Positions 20,277 through 29,753 of a DNA stretch of 64,000 nt are shown piece by piece. Made by a program: the position numbers and the translations under genes. The stretch lies in the sequence record MK327931.1; one strand, 5' to 3'. The stretch's first letter is position 1; each line of letters begins with the position of its first letter. Below the pieces are notes generated by a model that made no database searches, had not been told where the DNA came from, and was given only the letters and a program-made list of their open reading frames with translations. The stretch comes from Escherichia phage vB_EcoM_G17.

Positions 20277-20698
20277 ACAATACCTCTCTTATGATGCAAA
20301 CATTCTTGCATAATGTGTTGTATTTTTCGTAACAGAAACACATCCAGTTCATTAAAAACAGTACTGTACTGGAACATCTCTTCTTCCCCGTACTCAGTTA
20401 AATCATCAATTTCATCTCTAGAAACAGCTACAATATTAAAACCACGTGTACTACAATAACCCTTAGTAAGATAATATATGTACTTGTACTCTCCGTTGAT
20501 ATCTAAGAGATCTTGTGTGATACAGAAGCTTTTGGGTGACAGTTTATCATCAGGAACCATATGCCTTGCTTGTACATAGCAACGGATACCATCACCTATA
20601 CTATATGTAATAACTTCAAATTCAATCTTCATAGGTGAATATAATCCTTTTATATTGCTCAGGTGCAGTACTGAAACGTTTGATTGGATAATTATCAA
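20255..20698 (-). CDS. hypothetical protein, FamA paralog
   Basis: FamA core EEEMFQYSTVF. Confidence 0.65.
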   Translation of the reverse strand: MIIIQSNVSVLHLSNIKGLYSPMKIEFEVITYSIGDGIRCYVQARHMVPDDKLSPKSFCITQDLLDINGEYKYIYYLTKGYCSTRGFNIVAVSRDEIDDLTEYGEEEMFQYSTVFNELDVFLLRKIQHIMQECLHHKRGIVCDVNLN

Positions 20699-20984
20699 AG
20701 ATTCTTTTCATTTCTTTCTGGATTAAACATAAGAAATCAAAGTTACAATCGTACTTATTATCCCATACTAAACTTTCTTGGAATAACTCATCCTCTTGCA
20801 TTAGTGTAGTGTCAATTACATCTTCACGGACATAGCTATATACTTCATAGCTCTTGAAGCCATCTTCTGATAATTCTAATTCATATGCAGCCATATCAAA
20901 CATATCATCATGGTTTGTCTTCAAAGATATTAAACAAGTAACTAATTTTTTAGTTGTATAGTATGTAATACTTAATGTGTTCAT
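20622..20984 (-). CDS. hypothetical protein, FamA paralog
   Basis: FamA core EDELFQESLVW; start approximate. Confidence 0.6.
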   Translation of the reverse strand: MNTLSITYYTTKKLVTCLISLKTNHDDMFDMAAYELELSEDGFKSYEVYSYVREDVIDTTLMQEDELFQESLVWDNKYDCNFDFLCLIQKEMKRIFDNYPIKRFSTAPEQYKRIIFTYED

Positions 20985-20989
20985 TTGTT

Positions 20990-21592
20990 TTATACCTCAG
21001 TATATAGCTTACAATAGCTTTCATCGAAATTACAAACACTTCTCAAGTACTGACACAGGTCATTGAAAATATTTACATTTGATATATATACATTATCAAA
21101 TTCTGTTCGTTGAAAGAATGTATACATAGAATTTGTAATATATCGCATTGCATCTTCACGTCCCATAGTTATATCATTTGTGAACATTGCATCTTCATCA
21201 GTACTGATGTGTTCTATTTTAAATGATTTCATAAATGGAATACTCTTTCCTAGGGCATAACCATCACCATATGATGCTTCTACTGCACCTTTAGAATAAA
21301 GGAATTGATATAAGTCCGAATCACGATTATAAAAAGTACGACATACGGAGGAACATAATTTATTATCTATATGAAATAAAAATCTTTTAGCATTTTTGTC
21401 TAATACTATTCGCAATGCATCACTCTCTAGAAATATATCACCATCAAGCATAAATGAGAACTGTACTAATGCTTTTTCTAAATCCGCTCGTTTGTGATAA
21501 ATCATTTCCTGCATATATATAATATCATTTGCTAATTTCTTAAAAAACAAATGCACATCTGCACTACAACATTTATTTGCATTTATTGACAT
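20990..21592 (-). CDS. hypothetical protein, divergent FamA-like
   Basis: ORF track; degenerate core EDAMFTNDIT. Confidence 0.5.
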   Translation of the reverse strand: MSINANKCCSADVHLFFKKLANDIIYMQEMIYHKRADLEKALVQFSFMLDGDIFLESDALRIVLDKNAKRFLFHIDNKLCSSVCRTFYNRDSDLYQFLYSKGAVEASYGDGYALGKSIPFMKSFKIEHISTDEDAMFTNDITMGREDAMRYITNSMYTFFQRTEFDNVYISNVNIFNDLCQYLRSVCNFDESYCKLYTEV

Positions 21593-22143
21593 AATAGTTC
21601 CTTATACATATGATGTACTTTACAAATCTCATTATAGTATTTCATATCAATGTCATTTGTATTAAAAACGGAAACAGACAATACTGCTAACTTATCAATT
21701 AAGTAATTATTATCGGCGTACTGTTTTAACTTATTGAACATATAGATGCATTTTATACTTAATTCATCATGCAACACACTGTTCTGAAAAATATTCTCTT
21801 CAGTATTAGGAGATAAGTAATCTTCAATTATATACGATAAACTACTATCGCAATCTTTATAGATTGAAATTGATGGATGTAATGTGTCATACATTACACT
21901 AAACAGATCACCGTCATATGTGGATATTAAACTATTATTGGAAACAGTAGGATGATAATATTTCAGTACTGAAAACTTTGAACAATCAGTGCAGTAAAAA
22001 TGATCCATCCCTCGACGACTTTCGTATGAGAATAGTTTACTTGTATATTCAATCCCTTTGGTGCGACGGATTGTTTCATGCATTTCTGCACATTGCATTA
22101 AAATTACCATACGTTCAAACGCAAGATCTAAATCATCGTACAT
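21583..22143 (-). CDS. hypothetical protein, FamA paralog
   Basis: FamA core EENIFQNSVLH. Confidence 0.65.
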   Translation of the reverse strand: MYDDLDLAFERMVILMQCAEMHETIRRTKGIEYTSKLFSYESRRGMDHFYCTDCSKFSVLKYYHPTVSNNSLISTYDGDLFSVMYDTLHPSISIYKDCDSSLSYIIEDYLSPNTEENIFQNSVLHDELSIKCIYMFNKLKQYADNNYLIDKLAVLSVSVFNTNDIDMKYYNEICKVHHMYKELLCQ

Positions 22144-22324
22144 AACGGATATCCTTCTTCAACGAATTAATATATTCCAAAATAACTTGTTCCTGATATT
22201 GGGTTCCCAAGTACATCAGTACTTTCAACTCTTTGAATTCAGTACTATATGAGTCTGTTTGCATCATTCTAGTAGAATATATATTGAATAGTTTAGCAAT
22301 ATCATCTTGGTCTATTATTTTCAT
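22133..22324 (-). CDS. hypothetical small protein, FamB paralog
   Basis: FamB core YLGTQYQEQV; isolated FamB pair embedded in FamA block. Confidence 0.6.
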   Translation of the reverse strand: MKIIDQDDIAKLFNIYSTRMMQTDSYSTEFKELKVLMYLGTQYQEQVILEYINSLKKDIRYVR

Positions 22325-22520
22325 TAACCCTCTTCTGTATTAGTTCCTGTAAGTGCTGAATATAACCCTTCATTGCAACATCCTGTTTGTTAGAGCCAAC
22401 GAAGAACAAGAGCTTAAAGTCATGGTAATCCATTTTTGGTTTAGTAGTGAACCATATGTCCCACACTGCACTCACAGTTCTCATGTATTCAATTCGATTA
22501 AATGTTTTTGAATACTTCAT
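22302..22520 (-). CDS. hypothetical small protein, FamB paralog
   Basis: FamB variant core FVGSNKQDVA. Confidence 0.55.
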   Translation of the reverse strand: MKYSKTFNRIEYMRTVSAVWDIWFTTKPKMDYHDFKLLFFVGSNKQDVAMKGYIQHLQELIQKRVNENNRPR

Positions 22521-23034
22521 CGATGTTCATTGCCAATAAGTTAATATACAAATTACTGTTAAATGCTATCTGCAATTCCATATAGAACTGAATGATTGCA
22601 TAGTCAGGGTCAGTACACGATAGTTGAAAACACTGTTCGTCGAATGCATTGTAATTGTACTTAGGGATGTGAATTTCACGCTTCAAATCAGGTTGCCCCC
22701 ACTTCATCGCGTACACACCAATGTTATTGTTCTTTTTCCTTTTCTTAAATGTTAATTGTTGAATATTTCCTGCGTTATCCAGGAAAATAGAATTATTCGA
22801 CACAGGTGCACCAATAGAAAACAATGATGTATCAATTACGTGTTTCTCACGTACATCACACTTCTGAAATGCACCTGTACCCTGTAATACACGATGAAAA
22901 TTGTACTTCTCATTAACAACAGTACTAGGATCAATTAAACCAGTACTGCATTTTTTGAGTACTGGTACGATGATACGAATCTTTTTTGATAAATCTTGTA
23001 ATGCATCAAAGTCATTGATGTTAACTTTCATCAC
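22498..23034 (-). CDS. hypothetical protein, FamA paralog
   Basis: FamA core DEQCFQLSCTD. Confidence 0.6.
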   Translation of the reverse strand: MMKVNINDFDALQDLSKKIRIIVPVLKKCSTGLIDPSTVVNEKYNFHRVLQGTGAFQKCDVREKHVIDTSLFSIGAPVSNNSIFLDNAGNIQQLTFKKRKKNNNIGVYAMKWGQPDLKREIHIPKYNYNAFDEQCFQLSCTDPDYAIIQFYMELQIAFNSNLYINLLAMNIDEVFKNI

Positions 23035-23480
23035 TCAAATGTGGCCTCTTCAGTAGTAACAAAATTGATTAGTGTATCCAGTTCAGCAGTGTCAAGATAA
23101 AATACATCCAGTACTGATTTCTGATATATTACACTGAATGTGCATAGATTGTCAAGCGTTCCTTGTTCATAAACAGTACTACCCTGGAAGTACCCTTCTT
23201 CAGTACTCAGGGATAAAATGTCTGAAATTTTAAAAGATTCTTCAGTCGCATGTCTTTCTATATTAACTAAATGTCCGTTTCGGTTCAATGAAATATAATC
23301 GTATGCTAACTCAATTAGACTATAATTATCCGCATTAGTGTCAAATAAAGCGACAATTTTTCGTCTCAATCTCTCATCGTGATCATGGTTTTCATCAGCT
23401 AAGTATTCAGGATTTTCTTTGAAGAACTGAACAACTTTTAGAATATCATTTGCTTTCTTGATTGCACTTTCGTAACTCAT
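23031..23480 (-). CDS. hypothetical protein, FamA paralog
   Basis: FamA core EEGYFQGSTVY. Confidence 0.7.
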   Translation of the reverse strand: MSYESAIKKANDILKVVQFFKENPEYLADENHDHDERLRRKIVALFDTNADNYSLIELAYDYISLNRNGHLVNIERHATEESFKISDILSLSTEEGYFQGSTVYEQGTLDNLCTFSVIYQKSVLDVFYLDTAELDTLINFVTTEEATFE

Positions 23481-23785
23481 AATAATTCAACCACTCCATC
23501 TCTAAAGTACATATAACTACCACCATTGGATACCTTGAATTCTATTGTCCCCAATAATATATTATATTTTTTTATTTCACATGTAGTACTGGTAGTGTAA
23601 GGCTCACCATCTCCTAAGTACATTGACATATGACATAGAACTTTTCTACCTGCATATTTCTCTTCAAACGATTGTTCAAAACTATGCATAATTTGATTTA
23701 AAGCTGAAATGTAATTAATAAAGTCAGGTATTTCTGTCAATGAATTATAAACCGTACAAAGTGAATCAAATTCATTTTTAGTCAT
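23477..23785 (-). CDS. hypothetical protein
   Basis: ORF track; ATGA coupling; no family core. Confidence 0.55.
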   Translation of the reverse strand: MTKNEFDSLCTVYNSLTEIPDFINYISALNQIMHSFEQSFEEKYAGRKVLCHMSMYLGDGEPYTTSTTCEIKKYNILLGTIEFKVSNGGSYMYFRDGVVELL

Positions 23786-24099
23786 TATATTTCTATCTCA
23801 ATGTAATCCTGTGTGATTAAGTAATCCCAATGATACTTCACCTGCTTTTGTAATTCAATTAACGTAAAGAAGTTGATCGATTTATCCCATACGAGCGATT
23901 CCTGGAAAATAAATGATTCATGTTCATCGTAATAATCACACTCTAAAAAATCAGGTATATATTCACTATCGTGAATGTATTCAACAAACGAACTAGCTTG
24001 GCATTTCTTTACTACTAGTAATAATGAATTATCATGATCAAACAGATACAATAAACTAATTTCACCAGGGACGTACTGAACACTGAATAAGTTTTTCAT
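23785..24099 (-). CDS. hypothetical protein, FamA paralog
   Basis: FamA core ESFIFQESLVW. Confidence 0.65.
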   Translation of the reverse strand: MKNLFSVQYVPGEISLLYLFDHDNSLLLVVKKCQASSFVEYIHDSEYIPDFLECDYYDEHESFIFQESLVWDKSINFFTLIELQKQVKYHWDYLITQDYIEIEI

Positions 24100-24548
24100 T
24101 CTATACCTTCTGGATCTTTACGAAGTTCTTCGAAATCCAAATAAAATCGAGGACAGTTAACACTCTTTAAGTACCACATAATAACTAATGCTTCAAGTAC
24201 TTCATCATCGTAAACAGTACTGTTTTGGAAGTAATACTCTTCACTATCCCACGGACCATCCAGTACTTCATAATTCAAAATTAATGGTTTTTTGCGATTA
24301 ATAAAACGAATGCTACCATTTTCAACATAACTAATAAATTCTGCATCTCTATTGTATTCAGAAAACGATATAGGACTATTGGAATTCAACCCAAGAATAA
24401 CCCTTACACCCACGGAGTTATTATACATTTCATCTTTGTAGTAGTTGCCGTTCTCGGCTTTGTACACTTCTTTGAACTTTCCTGCCTTTATATCGTCAAA
24501 GTATCCATGTAGTTCTTTTGCTTTTTCAAGAGCACTTTGTAATGACAT
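24096..24548 (-). CDS. hypothetical protein, FamA paralog (MSLQSAL subfamily)
   Basis: Core SEEYYFQNSTVY; N-term MSLQSALEKAK; C-term FYLDF. Confidence 0.7.
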   Translation of the reverse strand: MSLQSALEKAKELHGYFDDIKAGKFKEVYKAENGNYYKDEMYNNSVGVRVILGLNSNSPISFSEYNRDAEFISYVENGSIRFINRKKPLILNYEVLDGPWDSEEYYFQNSTVYDDEVLEALVIMWYLKSVNCPRFYLDFEELRKDPEGIE

Positions 24549-25014
24549 TACCTTCTCCTACAGTATTCTCTACATATTCATAATCAAAATAGAAACTACT
24601 GGAGTCAATACTTTTGAAATACCACATAATTACAATAACATCTAATTCTTCTTCATTGTACAACGTACTATTCTGGAAGTAATATTCTTCACTATCCCAC
24701 GGTCCTTCCAGTACTGAATAAGGAATGATAGTGTCATCAGCATCACTATCTGTGTTGTAGATGGTAATATCTTCATTACGGCAATAACTAATGTACTGAT
24801 TGTACATATGATATTCACAGTTATCACTGTCACCAGTATCAGTGTGCAGTACTAATGTTTCTGCACATATCTCGGACTCGTCATAATCGTCACGGTCTTT
24901 TACAAAAAATTCAGTATCAGATGTTTTATATACACCTGGTACTGAACCTTCCTGTACCATAATCATGTACTCATGAATCTTCTTTGCTTCTTTCAATGCA
25001 CTTTGTAATGACAT
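24526..25014 (-). CDS. hypothetical protein, FamA paralog (MSLQSAL subfamily)
   Basis: Core SEEYYFQNSTLY; N-term MSLQSALKEAK. Confidence 0.7.
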   Translation of the reverse strand: MSLQSALKEAKKIHEYMIMVQEGSVPGVYKTSDTEFFVKDRDDYDESEICAETLVLHTDTGDSDNCEYHMYNQYISYCRNEDITIYNTDSDADDTIIPYSVLEGPWDSEEYYFQNSTLYNEEELDVIVIMWYFKSIDSSSFYFDYEYVENTVGEGNVITKCS

Positions 25015-25457
25015 TACAAATCCCCTGTACTTAAATATTCACATGCTCCCCAGTCAAGAAAGAATGGTTCAAAATTCAATTCCTTAAAGTACCACAACAC
25101 AACCAAGGAATCAAGAATTTCTTGGTTAAAAATGAGACTCTGTTGGAAGTAATACTCTTCAGTACCCCACGGGCCATCAAGTACCCCGAAGTCAACAGGT
25201 GTATTTGTTGTGTCAAAAGTAATCTTAGTACCTGGAATATATACAAAAAAATTAGTATATTGACTACATGAAGAGTACTGTATAGTATTGTCTTTATCCT
25301 GTCCCATAAGTAAAATATCATCAGAGTATGTCTTTATACCTGATAGATAATACTCATCACCAAATGCACTTACTTTATCACCATAGAACCCACTTTTTAT
25401 GTTATCGTGGAAGTGATGTATTCTGTGTGCTAGTTCAAGTGCACTTGCTAAACTCAT
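25014..25457 (-). CDS. hypothetical protein, FamA paralog (MSLQSAL subfamily)
   Basis: Core TEEYYFQQSLIF; N-term MSLASALELAH. Confidence 0.7.
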   Translation of the reverse strand: MSLASALELAHRIHHFHDNIKSGFYGDKVSAFGDEYYLSGIKTYSDDILLMGQDKDNTIQYSSCSQYTNFFVYIPGTKITFDTTNTPVDFGVLDGPWGTEEYYFQQSLIFNQEILDSLVVLWYFKELNFEPFFLDWGACEYLSTGDL

Positions 25458-25924
25458 ATATCCTCTTTAATAACTCGTAGTAGATCCAAGTCCAAATAGA
25501 AGCTAGGACAATCTGTATTATTAAAGTACCACAGAATGACAAGCTTGTCAAGTACATCTTCCTCGTAGATAGTATTCTGCTGGAAGTAGTACTCTTCACT
25601 TCCCCAGTCATTATCCAGTACTGAATACGGAAGATGTTTCTCTGCTGCACCAGATATAATGTCAGAATCTTGTATTAAAATATCAGCATCACGACAGAAG
25701 TACATGTAATTATCTTCCAAATTAACATCACACCCATTGAGTGTTGTTTCAGAAGAATCTAAGTTTTCTTCATACATGTGAATGTACTCACTACTGTCAT
25801 CGTATCTCATTCGACAATATGATTTACCTTCCTTGAATAGATATCCATTAAGACAATTTGCTACAATTTCTTTGCTGCATAAATCAATTAACTTCGCAAT
25901 CTCTAATGCTCTTTCTAAACTCAT
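25454..25924 (-). CDS. hypothetical protein, FamA paralog (MSLQSAL subfamily)
   Basis: Core SEEYYFQQNTIY; N-term MSLERALEIAK. Confidence 0.7.
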   Translation of the reverse strand: MSLERALEIAKLIDLCSKEIVANCLNGYLFKEGKSYCRMRYDDSSEYIHMYEENLDSSETTLNGCDVNLEDNYMYFCRDADILIQDSDIISGAAEKHLPYSVLDNDWGSEEYYFQQNTIYEEDVLDKLVILWYFNNTDCPSFYLDLDLLRVIKEDI

Positions 25925-25925
25925 T

Positions 25926-26417
25926 TCAACCCCTGTTAATACCGTTATCTACAGTTTTCTTTACGTATTTGTAATCGAAATAGAAGTTCCCAGAACCAAT
26001 ACTTTTAAAGTACCACATAATTATAATAACATCAAGTACTTCATTATCATATACAGTACTTTGTTGGAAGTAATACTCTTCACTATCCCACGGACCTTCC
26101 AGTACTTCACTCGGAATTATAATGTCATTGGAATCGCTGTCAGTACTGTTGATGGTATCTGTATCATTAATATAGACCATGTACTCATTATGCATATTAA
26201 TGAAGCATTCATAATCATTAGGGTCGGTATCTAGTATGCACGTTTCTGTATCCAGTACGCACGTTTCTGTATCTGAGCAGTCATTATAAAGGAGGTTATC
26301 CGGTACATAATATTGAGTACTTGTGTCTTTGAAAACACCGTAAACTGAACCTTCTTTTGCCATATTCATGTACTCATGAATCTTCTTTGCTTTTTCCAAT
26401 GAACTCTGTAATGTCAT
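25926..26417 (-). CDS. hypothetical protein, FamA paralog (MSLQSAL subfamily)
   Basis: Core SEEYYFQQSTVY; N-term MTLQSSLEKAK. Confidence 0.7.
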   Translation of the reverse strand: MTLQSSLEKAKKIHEYMNMAKEGSVYGVFKDTSTQYYVPDNLLYNDCSDTETCVLDTETCILDTDPNDYECFINMHNEYMVYINDTDTINSTDSDSNDIIIPSEVLEGPWDSEEYYFQQSTVYDNEVLDVIIIMWYFKSIGSGNFYFDYKYVKKTVDNGINRG

Positions 26418-26426
26418 TTTATAATC

Positions 26427-26786
26427 TCATATATTGAAATAATAATTATTCGTTCTTGATGGGGATGGATTAAATACGTTTTCTTTTTCAAATCTCTTCA
26501 TTTCATTTTGCAAAGAAACCATTTCTTCAAATGTACAGGAGTACTTATTCTTATCAAACACTAATGCAGCCTGAAATAGTTCCCCATCGTCCAGTACTGT
26601 ATAATCTATAAGACTCTCAGATTCATAGTCATAGTCGTCATGTGATACATGAATAAATTTAAAACAAGAATCTTTGTAATGCATATATAAACTCAACTCA
26701 TGTTCCGAGTCGCCCTTAATAAGATTACAGCACAAGTCCCATCCTTTAGGTAACTTATAATAGTACATAGAATAATCATATGTCAT
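26427..26786 (-). CDS. hypothetical protein, FamA paralog
   Basis: FamA core GELFQAALVF. Confidence 0.65.
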   Translation of the reverse strand: MTYDYSMYYYKLPKGWDLCCNLIKGDSEHELSLYMHYKDSCFKFIHVSHDDYDYESESLIDYTVLDDGELFQAALVFDKNKYSCTFEEMVSLQNEMKRFEKENVFNPSPSRTNNYYFNI

Positions 26787-27139
26787 TCTTGAATTCCTAA
26801 ATTGAATTTGTATTCTTGATTAATACTTGCATTGGGTTTATGCAAAGCAGCATACTCTTTCATTTCATTTTGTATTGCAATAACTTCTTCAAATGTACAC
26901 AAGTACTTCTTATCAAATACTAATGATTCTTGGAATAGTTCTGCGGTATCCATTAATGTATAGTCCGGCATATCTTGGTGTGGATACTGTAATGAACTGT
27001 AATCAATGAATGTAAATTTACCCTGAGTGTAATGAATATACTCATTTGCACTGTGCATTAAATCACCTTTGTTTAAATTACAAAAGTACTGATAACTGTG
27101 CTTGAAAGTATGTACTGATATTAAAAAATCAAATTCCAT
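26783..27139 (-). CDS. hypothetical protein, FamA paralog
   Basis: FamA core AELFQESLVF; N-terminus MEFDFLISVH. Confidence 0.65.
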   Translation of the reverse strand: MEFDFLISVHTFKHSYQYFCNLNKGDLMHSANEYIHYTQGKFTFIDYSSLQYPHQDMPDYTLMDTAELFQESLVFDKKYLCTFEEVIAIQNEMKEYAALHKPNASINQEYKFNLGIQE

Positions 27140-27510
27140 CAGTACTCAACCTCTACATAAATAGATTCAGGAAACTTAGTCATATAATCTTCTGGATAGT
27201 TCTGCATTACTTTGATCATTTCTGCCTGTGTAGCACGGACGTATTCAATTGGTGCTCCTGGTAAATTCCAGACAGTACTTTCCTGAAAGAATTCCTCTTC
27301 TGACAGTACTGTCAGATTTACAAAATCATTACGGTAATTTTTTGAATCATCATATGTGAAGATTTTAAAAGACCCATTTTCATATAGTACAAGAACAAAA
27401 TGGGAGAATTTTTGTAATGCACCACCAAGGCTTTCCACGACCGCATGATTCAGTGTACAGATGACCTCTTTTTTCCTCATACCGAATTGAATTCTAATTT
27501 CTTTTTTCAT
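27139..27510 (-). CDS. hypothetical protein, FamA paralog
   Basis: FamA core EEEFFQESTVW. Confidence 0.65.
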   Translation of the reverse strand: MKKEIRIQFGMRKKEVICTLNHAVVESLGGALQKFSHFVLVLYENGSFKIFTYDDSKNYRNDFVNLTVLSEEEFFQESTVWNLPGAPIEYVRATQAEMIKVMQNYPEDYMTKFPESIYVEVEY

Positions 27511-27582
27511 AAAATCTCCTTCAGATTAGTACTGAATTTGTACAGAATATTAGAACTGTATACAGCCTCTGTATCTGTATCC

Positions 27583-27669
27583 ATAATCAAATCACCTTTG
27601 TTTAAATTACAAAAGTACTGATAACTGTGCTTAAAAGAATGTACTGATATTAAAAAATCAAATTCCATC
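27583..27669 (-). pseudogene. 5-prime gene fragment duplicated from 26783..27139
   Basis: About 87 bp nearly identical to 27056-27141 (start region of 26783..27139), encodes MEFDFLISVHSFKHSYQYFCNLNKGD then diverges. Confidence 0.5.
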
Positions 27670-28045
27670 ACACTTCCCCTAGATTGAAATGATTACAAAA
27701 ATCATCTTCACCAGTACTGCACCAGATATCTATACATTCCCTGTGAATACATTTAATTCTACGCTGTAATTCAATCATCTCTTCTAATGTACAGATGTAC
27801 TTCTTATCAAATACTAATGCCGCCTGAAACAGTGCAGCATCATCAAGTACTGTATAGTCCAACATCTCGGTTGCTTTACCCCTAAACCCAGTACTAAAAT
27901 CCATCAAATAAAAGTCAGCATTCCAGTACTTTAAAATCTTGTCCCTAGCGTAGTTTAAATCACCCTTGTATAAGTTAGAGTGCGTAACTAACTCACCAGT
28001 GTACATCCATGTCCTTGCACAAAATTCATTATATTTTATTTCCAT
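27668..28045 (-). CDS. hypothetical protein, FamA paralog
   Basis: FamA core AALFQAALVF; ORF-track N-terminal extension through GC-rich non-coding stretch removed (start at MEIKYNEF). Confidence 0.55.
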   Translation of the reverse strand: MEIKYNEFCARTWMYTGELVTHSNLYKGDLNYARDKILKYWNADFYLMDFSTGFRGKATEMLDYTVLDDAALFQAALVFDKKYICTLEEMIELQRRIKCIHRECIDIWCSTGEDDFCNHFNLGEV

Positions 28046-28243
28046 CTTAATCTCTACTATAATTAATAAGGTAAACTCCAATATAAGGAGAACGTTCGGC
28101 GGCGGGGTATTTTTTGTTTCAAGAAACATGAACTGTACTCTGAAAAACACAATATAAAACTTTATATTAAACATATACCTTAGCATGTTTTTCAGCGGAA
28201 ATTTTTTTGACCCCCCCCTGCGGCCTGTCAAAATGAAACGTCT

Positions 28244-28468
28244 CTATTTATTCAGCCTAGAAACCTTGATTTCTTCAATCCTTTTCATTGCACAAAGCCT
28301 TCGACTCGTCCTCTCGTATATATTCAATACTCGCTGTAATGCATTATCTGTATTATCTGCAACTGCAATCTGAACCAAATATGTATCCTTCAAAATAGAA
28401 TCCATCATGAATTCAAAACCTTTCACACTAAAGCAATATGCCACTTCCGGCTCTTCAAACGTAATCAT
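28244..28468 (-). CDS. hypothetical protein (non-family)
   Basis: ORF track. Confidence 0.5.
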   Translation of the reverse strand: MITFEEPEVAYCFSVKGFEFMMDSILKDTYLVQIAVADNTDNALQRVLNIYERTSRRLCAMKRIEEIKVSRLNK

Positions 28469-28685
28469 AATTCCAATCCCCTATTCCCTCTAACCTTCTA
28501 AGATATCTTGCGTAAATTATTTCGAAATATCTGTGCAACGAAATTACGGATTGCTCATAATCATCATTCCTGTACATTGTGCATGTCAGAAAATCATTTA
28601 ACCCAAAATCTAAACTGCACTTGAACTTCTCCTTTGCAATATCACTATTACTTGCACTTTTCATAATAAACCCTTTGTACCGCAT
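28455..28685 (-). CDS. hypothetical protein (non-family)
   Basis: ORF track. Confidence 0.5.
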   Translation of the reverse strand: MRYKGFIMKSASNSDIAKEKFKCSLDFGLNDFLTCTMYRNDDYEQSVISLHRYFEIIYARYLRRLEGIGDWNYDYV

Positions 28686-28846
28686 TGGTGTACTGTGAAC
28701 TCAGCACCACTAATAGGTAATCTATATTGTAAGCACGATTTCCTCGTTGACTAGCACGGCTGGAATAAAGAATATTATCCACATATGTATTGAACTGATC
28801 TTCAAATAACTCTTTCATCAGCATTATACCATCACATAATCATACA

Positions 28847-29470
28847 TCATACATTAACAACTTTATCGATGTAATCTTCTAACATATCAATATATCTGGT
28901 ATTGGTTCTAACTAAAAGGTATGCAAATCCAGAAAACTCCTGTGTATAATGCTTTACAGCGTACATACAACGAAGCTTATCATTGTCATACATTGTACTG
29001 TACTGAAACAAACTCTCGTCTGATAGCTCTAATAACGCTTGGGCTTCACTTCTCGTGAACTTCATAGGGTCATGTACTGCATCACAAAAACAAACCTGTG
29101 TCTCGCTATTGAAACCCTGTGATAGATATATACCTTCACACTCTGAACGCACCGATACTGCATTATAACTATGTGTTGCCCCCATCATATCTGAACTCAA
29201 AACTAAAATCAACCCATTTTTATTTTTAATCAACAAATCTGACTTAAGGGATTTGATCTCCGTATGGGAAATATCACCAAATCTTCCTGGGACTTCAAAC
29301 TTATCAACGTTGTATACAATCTTTTGTACTTGCTCTTTTAAACGCTTAATTGCACTTCTGTCTTTTTCTAATGTATCTAATAAACTCATTGAACTCATTG
29401 TACTTTCCTTACATATTTGTACCGAACAAAACGGAACTTTGAATGCCATTAATCGACACTTCATGTACAT
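28847..29470 (-). CDS. hypothetical protein, FamA paralog
   Basis: FamA core DESLFQYSTMY. Confidence 0.65.
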   Translation of the reverse strand: MYMKCRLMAFKVPFCSVQICKESTMSSMSLLDTLEKDRSAIKRLKEQVQKIVYNVDKFEVPGRFGDISHTEIKSLKSDLLIKNKNGLILVLSSDMMGATHSYNAVSVRSECEGIYLSQGFNSETQVCFCDAVHDPMKFTRSEAQALLELSDESLFQYSTMYDNDKLRCMYAVKHYTQEFSGFAYLLVRTNTRYIDMLEDYIDKVVNV

Positions 29471-29753
29471 ATATATTTTGTCTGAACAAAGGAACTAATT
29501 GAACTAAACTCGTTTGCATAATAATATGCATATGTACATTGTCATATGCCGTTTCGTATTGGAATCGTGCAGCTTCATCTTCTATGAAATTCGGAACTTG
29601 GACTGGATTCTCAAAATTTGTCCTTGTACTGAACTGTACATCATTGTCCTGTACCTTAATACCATATGAATTATCATTGTTATCAACTACATCAAATTCA
29701 ATTAAACTACCATCTTTACTGACGTTTACTATATAAACCGAAAATCGACTCAT
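29409..29753 (-). CDS. hypothetical protein, FamA paralog
   Basis: FamA core EAARFQYETAY; start approximate. Confidence 0.55.
   Translation of the reverse strand: MSRFSVYIVNVSKDGSLIEFDVVDNNDNSYGIKVQDNDVQFSTRTNFENPVQVPNFIEDEAARFQYETAYDNVHMHIIMQTSLVQLVPLFRQNIYVHEVSINGIQSSVLFGTNM

Noticed and set aside
24096-26417. FamA core EEYYFQ[QN]S resembles the TEV protease recognition site ExxYxQ(S/G)
   Set aside because: The P1-prime residue is usually Q, N or Y rather than S or G, most family members have L or F at the Tyr position, and there is no protease context. Treated as coincidental resemblance.
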